A stretch of 12,710 bases of DNA. Source: Candidatus Krumholzibacteriia bacterium. GTDB taxonomy: Bacteria; Krumholzibacteriota; Krumholzibacteriia; LZORAL124-64-63. The notes below the pieces were generated by a model that saw nothing but the letters and a program-made list of their open reading frames with translations, was not told the origin of the DNA and ran no database searches. The position numbers and the translations under genes were made by a program. How positions within the stretch are numbered: position 1 is the stretch's first letter; each line of letters begins with the position of its first letter. The DNA lies in the NCBI GenBank assembly GCA_036351155.1, contig JAZBOO010000114.1:1-12710 (forward strand). The letters are read 5' to 3'. Below, piece after piece: positions 12,680 through 12,710 of this stretch.

Positions 12680-12710
12680 TGGAACGCAATGCCCGCATCA
12701 TCGCCACCGG
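12679..12710 (+). CDS. Start of a probable 3-oxoacyl-ACP synthase III (FabH)-like protein (truncated by the window)
   Basis: TGATG overlap with the SDR stop. Translates MERNARIIATG, resembling the FabH N-terminal 'ARIxGTG' strand. Only about 10 codons are visible. Confidence 0.5.
   Translation, partial: MERNARIIAT

Overview
GC-rich Gram-negative-type bacterial chromosomal segment with no mobile element, CRISPR array, rRNA or tRNA that I can recognise. In order: a partial outer-membrane beta-barrel gene (-), an EamA/DMT transporter (+), and a ~290-nt intergenic stretch that folds by eye into a multi-stem RNA ending in an intrinsic terminator. Next come a lipoprotein and a DUF6588-like barrel (-), then a tightly packed + strand cluster: HAD hydrolase, short-chain asparaginase, hypB, hypF and a thioredoxin-like [2Fe-2S] ferredoxin. 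Three exported proteins follow on the - strand (SRPBCC protein, NTF2-like/PA/M28 peptidase lipoprotein, CHRD protein with a C-terminal 'TSLGQVKALFR' tail). The window ends with a GbsR/MarR regulator carrying a clear promoter and palindromic operator, followed by a FabG-like SDR and the first codons of a probable FabH-like gene. The most interesting signals are (1) the orphan structured ncRNA candidate at ~1505-1710, (2) the short C-terminal tail on the CHRD protein that may be an uncharacterised secretion or sorting tag, (3) an asparaginase overlapping hypB-hypF with no other hyp or hydrogenase genes in the window, and (4) two Fur-box-like sites. All calls are by eye and no database searches were run.
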